A stretch of DNA of 64,000 bases from an uncultured Verrucomicrobiae bacterium (lineage in GTDB: Bacteria > Verrucomicrobiota > Verrucomicrobiia > Chthoniobacterales > JAFAMB01). Both the position numbers and the translations under genes were made by a program. Position 1 is the first letter of the stretch; each line of letters opens with the position of its first letter. The notes below the pieces were generated by a model. That model saw only the letters and a list, made by a program, of their open reading frames with translations, had not been told where the DNA came from and did not search any database. Of this stretch, positions 10,551-20,516 are shown piece after piece. The DNA lies in contig CAVXLD010000014.1 of the NCBI GenBank assembly GCA_963762565.1, positions 64,001 to 128,000 on the forward strand. Reading direction: 5' to 3'.

Positions 10551-11957
10551 AGCTGGTGGAATTGAGAACGCAAGATTATCCACGGCTAGCCCTGCCTCTT
10601 TAACAGCCTCGCTCAGCGTTGGATGAGCGTGGACGGTCCGGCCGAGATCCTCGGCGCTGCCGCCGAATTCCATGATACTGACTATCTCGGCAATCAGCTC
10701 CGAAGCACTGCCACCAATAATCTGGGCGCCGAGTAGCTTATCCGTTCGACTGTCTGCAATGATCTTAGCGAAGCCAACCGAGTCATCATTAGCCAGGGCC
10801 CGACCGTTAGCGACAAAAGGAAATTTCCCGATCTTGATCTGTGTCCCATTCTTCTTGGCGGCTTCTTCGGTTAGTCCAACGCAAGCCACTTCCGGATGGG
10901 TATAGATTACATTTGGGACGACGTTGTAGTTAACGTGCCCGGGCTTCCCGGCAATGAGTTCAGTACAAGCAATTCCATCTTCTTCCCCCTTATGCGCGAG
11001 CATAGGCCCCTCGATAATATCACCGACAGCATAAAGGCCCTGTAGATTGGTTCGAAATTGTTGGTCGACAGCTACGCGACCTCGCTCAGTTAATTTCAGG
11101 CCCAAGTCTTTGGCGACAGCACCTTCCAAGTAGGGCTTCCGTCCAACTGCGACCAGCACTTTATCGGCTTGGAATTCGAGATTCTGTTCGCCCTTAGTTT
11201 TGGCCTGCACCAGGACTTTCTTATCTCCCGGGGCGACGCTCGTGACTTGGGTGTCAACATAGAATTTCAGGCCCTGGGTCTCGAGAGTCTTTTGCAAGGC
11301 TTGGGTGACATCCGGATCGAGAAAGGCGGCAATGCGCGGCAGGAATTCAAGCACCGTAACCTTGCTCCCCAGACGGGACCAAACCGAGCCTAGCTCGAGA
11401 CCGATGGCTCCGGCGCCAACCACCAGAAGCTCTGCCGGAACCTCGGTGAAAGAGAGCGCTTCATCACTCGTGACTACGCATTCGCGGTCAATCGTCACGT
11501 TCGGCAATTCCATCGGCACGCTCCCGGTGGCTAAAATCACGTTTTTGCCCCGATGCTCTTCGGTGGAATTGTCGGGTTTTGTTACCACGACCTTACCGGG
11601 GGCAACGAGCTGGCCGACACCGCGGATGCGGGTGATCTGATTTTTCTTCATCAGGAACTCCAAGCCCTGGGTGAGCTGCTTCACGACGGTTTGTTTCCGC
11701 GCCATGAGCTTGGCTAGATCCACCTGTACGCCTTCGAACTTCAAGCCATGATGCTGGGCTTCGTGGTGAGCAAAACGCACATATTGAGAGGACACCAAGA
11801 GCGCTTTGCTAGGAATACAACCAATGTTGAGACACGTGCCGCCGAGTACGTCGCGCTTGTCTATAATTGCCGTGTTTAGCCCGAGTTGAGCGGCTCGAAT
11901 TGCACCAGTGTAACCAGCTGGTCCACCACCAAGGACGATGAGATCGAAATCGGCCAT
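10533..11957 (-). CDS. lpdA: Dihydrolipoyl dehydrogenase
   Basis: GGGPAGY, GGTCLNIGCIPSK redox disulfide, HAHPTLSE; start ATG 11957. Confidence 0.97.
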   Translation of the reverse strand: MADFDLIVLGGGPAGYTGAIRAAQLGLNTAIIDKRDVLGGTCLNIGCIPSKALLVSSQYVRFAHHEAQHHGLKFEGVQVDLAKLMARKQTVVKQLTQGLEFLMKKNQITRIRGVGQLVAPGKVVVTKPDNSTEEHRGKNVILATGSVPMELPNVTIDRECVVTSDEALSFTEVPAELLVVGAGAIGLELGSVWSRLGSKVTVLEFLPRIAAFLDPDVTQALQKTLETQGLKFYVDTQVTSVAPGDKKVLVQAKTKGEQNLEFQADKVLVAVGRKPYLEGAVAKDLGLKLTERGRVAVDQQFRTNLQGLYAVGDIIEGPMLAHKGEEDGIACTELIAGKPGHVNYNVVPNVIYTHPEVACVGLTEEAAKKNGTQIKIGKFPFVANGRALANDDSVGFAKIIADSRTDKLLGAQIIGGSASELIAEIVSIMEFGGSAEDLGRTVHAHPTLSEAVKEAGLAVDNLAFSIPPAVRSEK

Positions 11958-12001
11958 AAACATCTTTAGCTGAAACCTGCCGATGAGCAAGGCGGTGGGG
12001 A

Positions 12002-12184
12002 GAGAGAGGTGATTGGTGATTAGTGATTGGTGATTGGTGGAGCACGGCTCCTACATAATGAAGCACTCGGAAGGTCCATGCCCTCTTAGGTCCGTTTTTG
12101 GCATTATTATTGTGTTGGTGGTAGCTGGTTGGAATGCAACATCCGGTCTGGGCTACCAATCACCAATCACCAATCACCTCTCAC
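12002..12184. repeat. Fold-back element with GGTGATT/AATCACC arms
   Basis: Four GGTGATT-type units from 12008; (ACCAATC)3 plus CTCTCAC at 12155-12184. Confidence 0.92.
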
Positions 12185-13989
12185 TAATTCGCTGCTGCCG
12201 GCGTTGTCGTTTTGTTGAGCGCGCGCAGGTCATACACCTTGCCCCACTGACCTTCCGCAGCGACTGGATAACTGTCCCACGAATGAGCCGTGGCCGGATA
12301 ATGTTCCTGTTCGAATTGGCCCCAGAACAAGTAATCGATCTTTAGTTGGGTGCAGAGTGGTTCCCAGCCCGGCTGTGCTAGCATCACTTTGTTCAGGAGT
12401 CCTTCCTCTGACCGATATTCAAGACCATGACTCCAAAGGTGACCTGGGAACCCTAAAACAACTCGATGACCCGCGACCAGCGCCGGGTGATTGTAGGTGG
12501 GGTAAATGGCGAATACGGCTTCGGGAGGAAAGCCCTTGAGGGCGTCGTCGACCTGCGTCCATTCGACCTGGTTACCGATCGCGTATCCATGTTCGTCATC
12601 CGGCGCCAACCCGCCTACTAAGCTGATGAAGCCGGAAAAGAAAAGCAGGAAGAAGAATGGCAAACGGATCAGCGGATGCCATCGACTGAGGAACATTTCC
12701 CAGATGGCCGCCATCATCAGCATATAAGCCCAGAAAAAGAGCTTGGTATTATCCCAGTCCCAAGGAGCAAAGCGGACGAATGCGCACAGAATAAACATTG
12801 CCAGTGCCGGAAGCAGAATCTGCCGCATTCTGAACCGAGTCCGCCACACGTCGATGCCTCTGGGAAAACACAGGTAAACGAGCAGAACGATTGCTAGCGG
12901 GAGTACAAACCCAAAATTCAGTAGCCAGACCATTGGTGCTTGAGCTCCGTGCGGCAATTGACGAAACCACCAAAGTTTGTGCCAGTATTCATGCGCCTCG
13001 GCCACTGAAGTCCAACCAGGTTCCCAAGCCAAGGCATTGGTTTTGCCGAACCCGGTAACACCATAAACAAAAAATGTTGCCGGGATAAACGAAAACGTCA
13101 CTAACCGGATCAGATGGCCGCGCCAGTTTGGATTCCCAAACAGGAACCACCAGAGCAATAGGAACGACAGAAAGATAAATGTATGCAGATGAAAAAGCGG
13201 CATCGTGCAATACAGCAGCCATTCCCCCCAAAAAGAGAGATGCGGTCGATCGGTCTGCGAATCTAGCGTCCGTCGCCAGTGGGTGATCAAGATTAATCCC
13301 GCCGGGATCGCATATAGCAATCCGCGCTGAGTAACGAAAAGAGCCAGGGGGATCGATTTCCAAGCGATATCAGCCTGATAGTCCTCGAGATGCCACGGCC
13401 ATGACTGGAAAAACATGAAACCAACCAGCCCGCCATTGAATAGAAAAGCGGCAACTGCAAACGGGCCGCCGAAAAGAAAAAGAGCTCGCACTGTCAGCAG
13501 CGAGCCGAGAAACGCCACCAGAATAATTCCCAAGTTCGGTGAAATGCCGATTAACTTCAGCTCCGCGTTGAATATGTCGATACCGATCGGGTAGCGGAGC
13601 TTATCAAACGCGTAGATTGGATTTTCCGGCCAATAGTGTGGATTCGATGCCAGAAAATTGATTTGGGTGAGGTGCAGACAGATGTCGCCCAGATTGTTGG
13701 GCGAAAGGACTTTGACGTTTCCGTCCTCGATAAAGATCACCTGACTAAAGGCTCGGACGGCGAAGACCAAAAACAGGATGGCGAGGAGAACGCCGCTTGC
13801 TTGGATCTTCTCCAGACGGGTCAGCATTTGTCCGGGACTCACCAAAACCGCGATTAAGACTACGACCAAGCTGAGACCTAATGACAGGGCTGCGGTCCAT
13901 GGCACCAGTCCATAAGGTGAATATCCGAAACCGACGCCGAGCGAAGTCGATAGGGCTATCCAGGTGAGGAAAAGCAGCGAGATCTTCAT
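12184..13989 (-). CDS. Polytopic membrane protein, possible GT-C-fold glycosyltransferase
   Basis: 601 aa, >10 TM segments, NNLGDICLH loop; overlaps the upstream gene by 4 bp (translational coupling). Confidence 0.65.
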   Translation of the reverse strand: MKISLLFLTWIALSTSLGVGFGYSPYGLVPWTAALSLGLSLVVVLIAVLVSPGQMLTRLEKIQASGVLLAILFLVFAVRAFSQVIFIEDGNVKVLSPNNLGDICLHLTQINFLASNPHYWPENPIYAFDKLRYPIGIDIFNAELKLIGISPNLGIILVAFLGSLLTVRALFLFGGPFAVAAFLFNGGLVGFMFFQSWPWHLEDYQADIAWKSIPLALFVTQRGLLYAIPAGLILITHWRRTLDSQTDRPHLSFWGEWLLYCTMPLFHLHTFIFLSFLLLWWFLFGNPNWRGHLIRLVTFSFIPATFFVYGVTGFGKTNALAWEPGWTSVAEAHEYWHKLWWFRQLPHGAQAPMVWLLNFGFVLPLAIVLLVYLCFPRGIDVWRTRFRMRQILLPALAMFILCAFVRFAPWDWDNTKLFFWAYMLMMAAIWEMFLSRWHPLIRLPFFFLLFFSGFISLVGGLAPDDEHGYAIGNQVEWTQVDDALKGFPPEAVFAIYPTYNHPALVAGHRVVLGFPGHLWSHGLEYRSEEGLLNKVMLAQPGWEPLCTQLKIDYLFWGQFEQEHYPATAHSWDSYPVAAEGQWGKVYDLRALNKTTTPAAAN

Positions 13990-15857
13990 TCTTTGGGACG
14001 ATTGGAAGGATCAAAGTCCGGCTGCCTGCCCGGGAACACATCCTTGAAGGTGTCGTACTTGAAGTAGGCTTTGCAAGGATCCATACCGTCTCGCAGGCGG
14101 AACGTGTCGACGAAGTACTTTTTCGTTAGGCGGTCTTCCAAATCTGGAGAGTCCGAGTCGAGCACCGCGATGAAATCTGCGTCAAGATCTTTTGGCCATT
14201 TATCCTCGCCTTCCGCGTAATAACCAACGTCCCGCACCTCGTCGATTACCCACGGGATGGGGAAATAGCTCTCGAGCAATATCAGCCCACGCAAATGTCG
14301 TTTCGCAGAAGGGTCCTTCCTGAGTTTCTGCAATATCGGATCGACAAATTTTCGGTAATCTCGATAGGTCTGAACGTAGGCGTACAACTCCTTGGGGTCG
14401 TCATAATGGACGAAGTTCAGACCGGAAGACTTATAGGCGAGATGACCGAACAGGATCAAACCAACCACCACCGTTATGTACCGCGTGAACCGCGGTAGGT
14501 TGTCCCACAAGAAAACCAGAGCCGCTCCGCCCAGGAAAAGAAATGGCCAATCGATGGAGATGATACACCACGGCGTTTTGTACGGTATAATTGAGTAGAC
14601 GAACAAGACGCCGACCCCGTAGATCGCTAAGTACCGCAACGGCGAATTGCCACCAAACAAGTACCGCACAGCGAAAACCAATCCCAGTACCGAGAACCAC
14701 TCGTACTTGAGCATCAGGCAAACCCAATACCAATTGAGTTTCAGCCGGGCGAGAGTTGCGAGTGGTCCAAAATGTCGCAGCGGATGCGGCACCAAGGAGA
14801 AAAGGTCATACGTCGGTTTGCCGTGTCCCGCAGAGTCGACGCCGGTCTTTGTCCAAGTTTTAAACGTCTCGAAGATTCCCAGTACGCCTCTCGGATTTAG
14901 AAAGGTCCCTGAGTAGAAGAATACAATCAGGAAGTAACCGACTAAAAGCGCTCCGAACAAATGGAGCCAAGGAAGATCAACGGAACCTTCTTCGCTGCCG
15001 GATCGAGTCGTGGCTCGTCGGCAAAACAAGAGTGCGACCGGAATAGCGATCGCCATCCCTGCGAAGACGCAGAGCGCGCTGCCCTGCACGAAAGACAGAT
15101 TGCCGACTTCTCCCGGTTCATCGGGTGCAACCGTGGCGGCATTTGCTGTTGCATGAGAAATTAGGAACCAGATCGACACGAATCCGAGCGTGAAGAGCGG
15201 CCAGGAAACCAAGGTCCCGAGAGTAAACGTCCCCCAAGGTACCTTGATCGGCGTGGGAACCTCGGGCTGCGTTGCCGGGATTATTTTACCGAGTACCCAA
15301 CTCACTGGGGCAGCGGCGGCGAATGCGACCAAGTGAATCGCATAGGTCTCCTTGGTCAAAATCATCCCGGCGATTCCTAGCACGGTGGCCCAGATACTGG
15401 CTGGCGTTACGCGGTAATGCCAACTAAGTACACCCCAAAAGGTTAGAATCAGAAAGAAGACGAGCCAGGTCTCGTGGATGGCGTAGCGTTCATAGAAGAC
15501 GAATCCGGGCGAGATGGCCATGGCAAGAGCCGCCAGAGCCGTAATCCGGTAGCCGAAGAATCGAGTAAATGAGAAAAGGAAGCCGACCGTTATAGTGCCA
15601 ACCAGTACGGTCGGCATGCGCAGCGCCCATAAGTTTCGGCCAAATGCAAGGAGGAACACCCGCAGGACATAAAAATGTAATGGCCCATGGTAATTGTCCG
15701 GATCGTAGGCATAATAGCCTTGCTTCGCCATTTGATCGCACCACCAACCGTTTATTCCCTCATCAAAATGCGGAGGTTTGATATCTAAGAAAACAAGTCG
15801 CACTACCGCTGCCAGCAGAATGATCAGGACCGAAATGGTGATTTGACGTCTGGTCAT
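13986..15857 (-). CDS. GT-C (GT39/PMT-like, TIGR03663/Agl23-type) membrane glycosyltransferase
   Basis: KPPHFDEG, YDPDNYHGP, ILTKET and YKTPW motifs; start ATG 15857. Confidence 0.8.
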   Translation of the reverse strand: MTRRQITISVLIILLAAVVRLVFLDIKPPHFDEGINGWWCDQMAKQGYYAYDPDNYHGPLHFYVLRVFLLAFGRNLWALRMPTVLVGTITVGFLFSFTRFFGYRITALAALAMAISPGFVFYERYAIHETWLVFFLILTFWGVLSWHYRVTPASIWATVLGIAGMILTKETYAIHLVAFAAAAPVSWVLGKIIPATQPEVPTPIKVPWGTFTLGTLVSWPLFTLGFVSIWFLISHATANAATVAPDEPGEVGNLSFVQGSALCVFAGMAIAIPVALLFCRRATTRSGSEEGSVDLPWLHLFGALLVGYFLIVFFYSGTFLNPRGVLGIFETFKTWTKTGVDSAGHGKPTYDLFSLVPHPLRHFGPLATLARLKLNWYWVCLMLKYEWFSVLGLVFAVRYLFGGNSPLRYLAIYGVGVLFVYSIIPYKTPWCIISIDWPFLFLGGAALVFLWDNLPRFTRYITVVVGLILFGHLAYKSSGLNFVHYDDPKELYAYVQTYRDYRKFVDPILQKLRKDPSAKRHLRGLILLESYFPIPWVIDEVRDVGYYAEGEDKWPKDLDADFIAVLDSDSPDLEDRLTKKYFVDTFRLRDGMDPCKAYFKYDTFKDVFPGRQPDFDPSNRPKE

Positions 15858-15937
15858 TATTGGTTTTGACAAGGCAAAGAAAGGTCCATTTACGCCTTTC
15901 CTGCACAGAGGCGGTGATATTATGCGAACTGCGTGAC

Positions 15938-16720
15938 ATGTCCATACAGATTCCGCCAGCACTAACACTCGTCATCCCTGCGTTTAACGAAGCAGCTCGA
16001 TTGCCGCAGAGCCTCGTGGAATTGCAACGGCACAGCTCTGGCTGGGATTTTGCTTACGAGATTATTGTCGTGGTTGAGCCCAGTTCTGATCACACCTTGG
16101 AGTTGGCCACAACTGCTGCCAGAAACTTCCCTGAGCTTAAGGTCATTGGTAACCCAGTCCATCGAGGCAAAGGTTTCGCCGTCCGGACCGGTATGCTCGC
16201 GGGGCGGGGAGAAATGCTGTTTTTCACGGATTCCGATTTGAGCACTCCGTTAACGGACCTGGACCGGGCAATTGCCCTGTTCAAAGCGCAACCGGATATC
16301 GACTTGATCGTTGGCAGTCGCAAACATCCGGATAGCCAAATCCTCCAGCATCAGAGTCCGATGCGCGAGCTGATGGGTAACACGTTCAACCGGTTTGTCC
16401 GTGCTTTAGCGGGATTCAAGTTCTTAGATACCCAGTGCGGGTTCAAAGGCTTCCGGGCTTATGCCGCACGTGAGATTTTTGAACGTGCGCAGATCGATGG
16501 ATTTTCTTTCGACGTAGAAGTTTTGCTCCTGGCGGAAGCGATGAATTTTGTGGTGATGGAGGTCCCGGTTCATTGGTCCAATTCGCCGGAATCGAAAGTC
16601 CGGGTGGTTGGCGATAGCCTCAAAATGCTCCAAGACCTTTTTCAGGTTCGGAAGATCGTGCATGACGCCATGGAACGCCATCCCTTCGCGGTGGGGTCAG
16701 GGGCCTCGTCGAGGAAGTAG
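15938..16720 (+). CDS. Polyprenyl/dolichyl-phosphate beta-glycosyltransferase (GT2)
   Basis: VIPAFNE, GKGFAVRTG, FTDSDLS, DTQCGFKGF, FDVEVL. Confidence 0.92.
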   Translation: MSIQIPPALTLVIPAFNEAARLPQSLVELQRHSSGWDFAYEIIVVVEPSSDHTLELATTAARNFPELKVIGNPVHRGKGFAVRTGMLAGRGEMLFFTDSDLSTPLTDLDRAIALFKAQPDIDLIVGSRKHPDSQILQHQSPMRELMGNTFNRFVRALAGFKFLDTQCGFKGFRAYAAREIFERAQIDGFSFDVEVLLLAEAMNFVVMEVPVHWSNSPESKVRVVGDSLKMLQDLFQVRKIVHDAMERHPFAVGSGASSRK

Positions 16721-16723
16721 GGG

Positions 16724-17093
16724 GGGCGAAACGGCGAGTGGGCGAAACGGCGAATGGGCGAATGGGCGAAACGGCGACGCTACCCTTGATCGGTAGGGCG
16801 AAAATCTCGGCGCGAATTCCGGTTGCTACGTGGCCGGCTCAACCGCGCCGGATTTGAGCCATGCGTGCGGATGACCTCGCCCAAGACGTTGTTGATTTAA
16901 GGCAATTCCGAATCAAGGCCATTTGTCCGCCCAGGGTGCGGCTCAAATCCGGCGCGGGAAATCGGCAGACGAAAAGACGTCCGCGGCGCGCCGAGATTTT
17001 CGCCCTACCGAACGGGGGACAATGTCGCCGCTTCGCCCTTTCGCCCCATCGCCCCGTCGCCCCATCGCCCTTTCGCCCCCTTCGCCCTTTCGC
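16724..17093. repeat. Nested fold-back element: GGCGAA(T/A)N octamer arms around a GTAG-REP doublet
   Basis: Perfect 24-bp IR 16791-16814/16987-17010; 18-bp IR 16843-16860/16940-16957; octamer tracts outside. Confidence 0.92.
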
Positions 17094-17423
17094 TTACTCG
17101 CCTATCTCCACGACCGGTATCGCTTCGCAAACCTCACGCCAGCCCGGAAAATTCCACGAGTTTGGGAACCCGGCGCATTGGTCAGGTTTCACTGGCTGGA
17201 TCCTGCAATTCTTACCTTCCAGAAAAACACAACTCCCATCGATCTTCTCCTCCAACGCCAATCCATCCCGTTGCGGCCGCAGACGGGTAAAACGCTGAAC
17301 AAATTCGTATTCCGAACATTGCAAAAAGCGGGCGATGGCTGAGATCTCGCGGTCGGAAATACGCACTAGCCCCGGCCAACGACAACAGTTTGTACAACGC
17401 TGGCAAACGTAACGTACCTTCAT
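17094..17423 (-). CDS. YkgJ-family cysteine-cluster protein
   Basis: CQRCTNCC, CVFL, CRIQPVKPDQCAGFP; start ATG 17423. Confidence 0.9.
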   Translation of the reverse strand: MKVRYVCQRCTNCCRWPGLVRISDREISAIARFLQCSEYEFVQRFTRLRPQRDGLALEEKIDGSCVFLEGKNCRIQPVKPDQCAGFPNSWNFPGWREVCEAIPVVEIGE

Positions 17424-17470
17424 CGGCTTTGCTTTTCCGGGTGGGTCGTGTAACCGTTTTTGTTGTGAAT

Positions 17471-18013
17471 GTGACGCATACGATCGATCCCGATATTGAG
17501 ATGTCCGAACTGCTCCAGCGTTTTCCCGGCGCGCAGCGGGCTCTGTTTCGAAGCTATCATATCGGCGGATGTTCGAGCTGCGGTTTTCGTCCGGATGAGA
17601 CCTTAGCACAGGTCTGTGAGCGTAACGGTAGTCTGCCCGTCGAGGAGGTAACCGAGACGATCTTGGCCAGTCACGACGCTGAACAAAAGATGCAAATTTC
17701 GCCGGAAGATCTCTCCCGCCGTCTCCAAGAGCCTAATCCACCTGTGGTCGTCGACGTTCGTGGCCGGGAGGAATGGGATGCAGTTCATATCGAAAGCTCG
17801 CAGTTTTTGACTCAGGAACTCATGCAAGAGATGATGACTGCCTGGCCAAAAGAACGCGAGATAGCTTTTCTGTGTCATCACGGAGTTCGGAGTCTGGACG
17901 CTGCCTCTTACTTCGCGGGACATGGGTTTTCTAATGTTAAATCCGTGACGGGTGGGATTGACGCCTGGAGTGTACAAGTGGATCCATCCCTTCCGCGCTA
18001 CCAGGTGGAATAA
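17471..18013 (+). CDS. Rhodanese-domain protein with N-terminal Cys-motif (DUF1858-like) domain
   Basis: IGGCSSC N-terminal motif, CHHGVRS active loop, GGIDAW; start approximate. Confidence 0.85.
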   Translation: MTHTIDPDIEMSELLQRFPGAQRALFRSYHIGGCSSCGFRPDETLAQVCERNGSLPVEEVTETILASHDAEQKMQISPEDLSRRLQEPNPPVVVDVRGREEWDAVHIESSQFLTQELMQEMMTAWPKEREIAFLCHHGVRSLDAASYFAGHGFSNVKSVTGGIDAWSVQVDPSLPRYQVE

Positions 18014-18014
18014 T

Positions 18015-18494
18015 ATGAGCCAGCCAGAAGAGTTTTCTCAGAAGATAGAAGAAGCGTTGCGTAACCCCAGAAACCTGGGGGAGATGGAAGGCGCTGATGC
18101 CGTCGGCACGGTAGGAAGTGTTGATTGTGGAGATATGTTGCGGATGTGGGTGAAATTCAGGGAAGAGGGAGGAAAGCGAGTCATTGATCGGGCGACGTTT
18201 CAAACCTTTGGCTGCGAAACCGCGATTGCCGTGGCCAGTGTGGCCACAGAGTTGATCGCCGGTAAGACCCCGGAAGAAGCGTTGAAAATGGACAGCCGCG
18301 AACTTTCGGCGCCGCTGGGACCGTTACCCCCGGTAAAGATCCACTGTGCGCAACTGGTCGAAGGCGCTCTTCGCTCTGCTCTCGCACCGGAATCAGTGTC
18401 GGCGAAGACCGAAGCGCTCGCTCCCACACTATTGCAAAGTTTTCAAAGTGGCGACGCTAAGCCCAAACAGATACGATTGGAGCCACAGAAATGA
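18015..18494 (+). CDS. IscU/NifU-like Fe-S scaffold protein
   Basis: NPRNLG, CGDML, FQTFGC, KIHC. Confidence 0.92.
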   Translation: MSQPEEFSQKIEEALRNPRNLGEMEGADAVGTVGSVDCGDMLRMWVKFREEGGKRVIDRATFQTFGCETAIAVASVATELIAGKTPEEALKMDSRELSAPLGPLPPVKIHCAQLVEGALRSALAPESVSAKTEALAPTLLQSFQSGDAKPKQIRLEPQK

Positions 18495-19036
18495 GTGAAC
18501 ATCATGAAATTATTTTAAGCCGGGACACCGAGGCGATTCAGATTCCGGCAGGACTGAAAACCACGATCCCGGCCGACACCAAGGTGATCATTACCCAGAA
18601 CTTGGGCGGCAGTTATACGATTGCTTGCGACTACGGGTTGTTTCGGATCAACGAAACCGATGCCGATGCCCTTGGCCTGGAGCGAAAAGCGTCGGATGAA
18701 AAGGCGTCACATCCGCCTGGAGAGGTCGCAGAGGAAGCGGTCTGGGATCAGCTGCGGACGGTTTATGATCCTGAGATTCCCGTCAATATTGTCGATCTGG
18801 GCCTGGTCTATGACTGCCAGGTTACAAGCTCGACCGATGGCGAAACACATGTGGATGTCAAAATGACTTTGACCGCGCCCGGCTGCGGCATGGGACCCGC
18901 TATCGCCCAGGACGCCAGACTAAAGATTTTAGCAATTCCAGGCGTAGACGAGGCCGATGTTGAGCTGGTGTGGGATCCTCCTTGGAGCCAGGAGATGATC
19001 AGCGAAGCCGGCAAAATGAAGCTCGGGCTCATTTAG
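18491..19036 (+). CDS. sufT: Fe-S cluster assembly protein SufT (DUF59)
   Basis: YDPEIPVNIVDLGLVY, MTLTAPGCGMG, WDPPW. Confidence 0.93.
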   Translation: MSEHHEIILSRDTEAIQIPAGLKTTIPADTKVIITQNLGGSYTIACDYGLFRINETDADALGLERKASDEKASHPPGEVAEEAVWDQLRTVYDPEIPVNIVDLGLVYDCQVTSSTDGETHVDVKMTLTAPGCGMGPAIAQDARLKILAIPGVDEADVELVWDPPWSQEMISEAGKMKLGLI

Positions 19037-19042
19037 CCGGCG

Positions 19043-19144
19043 GAATGACAGATGACAGATGACAAATCACAAATGACAAATATGATCCTTACGGGAAACC
19101 TGGGCGGCGAATATTTGTCATCTGTCATTTGTCATTTGTCATTC
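19043..19144. repeat. Fold-back element with ATGACA(A/G)/(T/C)TGTCAT heptamer arms
   Basis: Five left units and four right units around a ~30-bp core. Confidence 0.92.
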
Positions 19145-19182
19145 TGAGTGCTACTGTCGCCGCTCCCAACGCATTTAAAGTC

Positions 19183-19338
19183 ATGTCACAGCATCGTAGT
19201 TTAAAAGGAGCCAGCACCATCCAGACTAAGAGAAACGTGCTGAAAAGGTTTGAGCGAGTCGAGCTCCTGAAGAAACGTGGGGTTTTTAAGCCCGGTGATC
19301 GCGTGATTGGTTTACCCAAGACTAAGCCAGACGCGTAA
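19183..19338 (+). CDS. PVC-superphylum small basic (signature) protein
   Basis: MSQHRSL..KRNVLKRFERV..GLPKTK, 51 aa. Confidence 0.9.
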   Translation: MSQHRSLKGASTIQTKRNVLKRFERVELLKKRGVFKPGDRVIGLPKTKPDA

Positions 19339-19391
19339 AGCGGCAGCGGATAGCGGCGAGACGCTAGAAAACGCTCCGGCTGGGCACGTTT

Positions 19392-19666
19392 AGTAATCAG
19401 TAATCAGTAATCACTAATCAGTAACCAGTTTAGGAGCTGGGAGCTAGAATCTAGGAGCCAGGAGGGCGGCGCATGCGGACTTGGCGAATTGTCCGCTGGT
19501 CTCGATTGCTAGGCGTAGCGAACACCCACTGCTTCGACTCCTCGCTTCCGTTACAATTGTGCGCCCCTGATGCTGGAGACATACGTGCCTTGCGCGCATC
19601 CTCCTAGCTCCTAGATTCTAGCTCCCAGCTCCTACACTGATTACTGACCCACTGATTACTGATTAC
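19392..19666. repeat. Nested fold-back element: outer AGTAATC arms, inner GGAGCTA arms
   Basis: Inner 34/35-bp IR 19431-19465/19600-19634 inside AGTAATC/GATTACT tracts. Confidence 0.93.
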
Positions 19667-19680
19667 CTTGTTTTTTTGCC

Positions 19681-20382
19681 ATGCGCCTGAACCGTTATCT
19701 GGCCCAGTCCGGCATTGCCTCCCGGCGAGCAGTCGAGGAGATCATCCTAGCCGATAGAGTAACAGTTAACGGCGCCGTTTGTACTGAGCTTAGTCGCCAG
19801 GTAGCTCCTACGGACTCGGTGAAGGTCGACGGCAAACTCGTTCGACCCACGGAACCAATCTACGTCCTCCTTAACAAGCCGGTCGACTACGTGACGACCA
19901 GGTCCGACGATCGCTCTAGACCGACAATCTACCAGCTGCTCCCCAAGAACTTTCATCAATTGGCGCATGTTGGCCGCCTGGATATCGATTCCGAAGGGCT
20001 CTTGATTCTCACAAATGACGGCGATCTGACCCTTCATCTGACTCATCCCAGGTACAAGGTGTCGAAAGAATATCTGGTGACTTTAGATCGTGAATTTGCG
20101 ATGGCGGATGTTCCGAAGGTTAAACGAGGCGTCTATTTGGCCGAGGGGCGAGCCCGGTTCGATTCACTTACTAAGCTTAACTCTCGTCAGGTTCGAGTGA
20201 TCCTGACCCAAGGGCTCACCCGCCAGGTACGCCGCGTCTTTGCTGCTATCGGGTACAAGGTGAGAAGGCTCCAGAGGACCAGGATTGGGCCATTGTTTGA
20301 TACGGCCCTCAAGCCAGGTGAGTACAGGTTGCTCCGCCCAGCCGAGGTGGCGAAGCTTCGGGGTCGACGGGAAGCGGAGTAA
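19681..20382 (+). CDS. rRNA pseudouridine synthase, RsuA/RluB family
   Basis: S4 domain RLNRYLAQSGIASRR, GRLDIDSEGLL catalytic motif. Confidence 0.93.
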   Translation: MRLNRYLAQSGIASRRAVEEIILADRVTVNGAVCTELSRQVAPTDSVKVDGKLVRPTEPIYVLLNKPVDYVTTRSDDRSRPTIYQLLPKNFHQLAHVGRLDIDSEGLLILTNDGDLTLHLTHPRYKVSKEYLVTLDREFAMADVPKVKRGVYLAEGRARFDSLTKLNSRQVRVILTQGLTRQVRRVFAAIGYKVRRLQRTRIGPLFDTALKPGEYRLLRPAEVAKLRGRREAE

Positions 20383-20389
20383 AGGCGTC

Positions 20390-20477
20390 ATGAACTCCGA
20401 TGCTATAACCAGCCCTTCAAGTTCGAACTATGTCATGGGCCGGACGAGTGAGGAATATGAACGTTTGCGTCGTCGTA
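20390..20477 (+). pseudogene. N-terminal remnant resembling a class I SAM-dependent methyltransferase
   Basis: YVMGRTSEEYERLRR resembles methyltransferase N-termini; the frame runs into repeat DNA. Confidence 0.45.
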
Positions 20478-20516
20478 AGGCGTTTCGTTCTCCGACTGTG
20501 TGCAGGCCCATGGCCC

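Noticed and set aside
9282..12345. ORF-track entries with PITNHQS, IGPIGP or similar periodic peptides
   Set aside because: They are translations of tandem repeat arms, not credible proteins.
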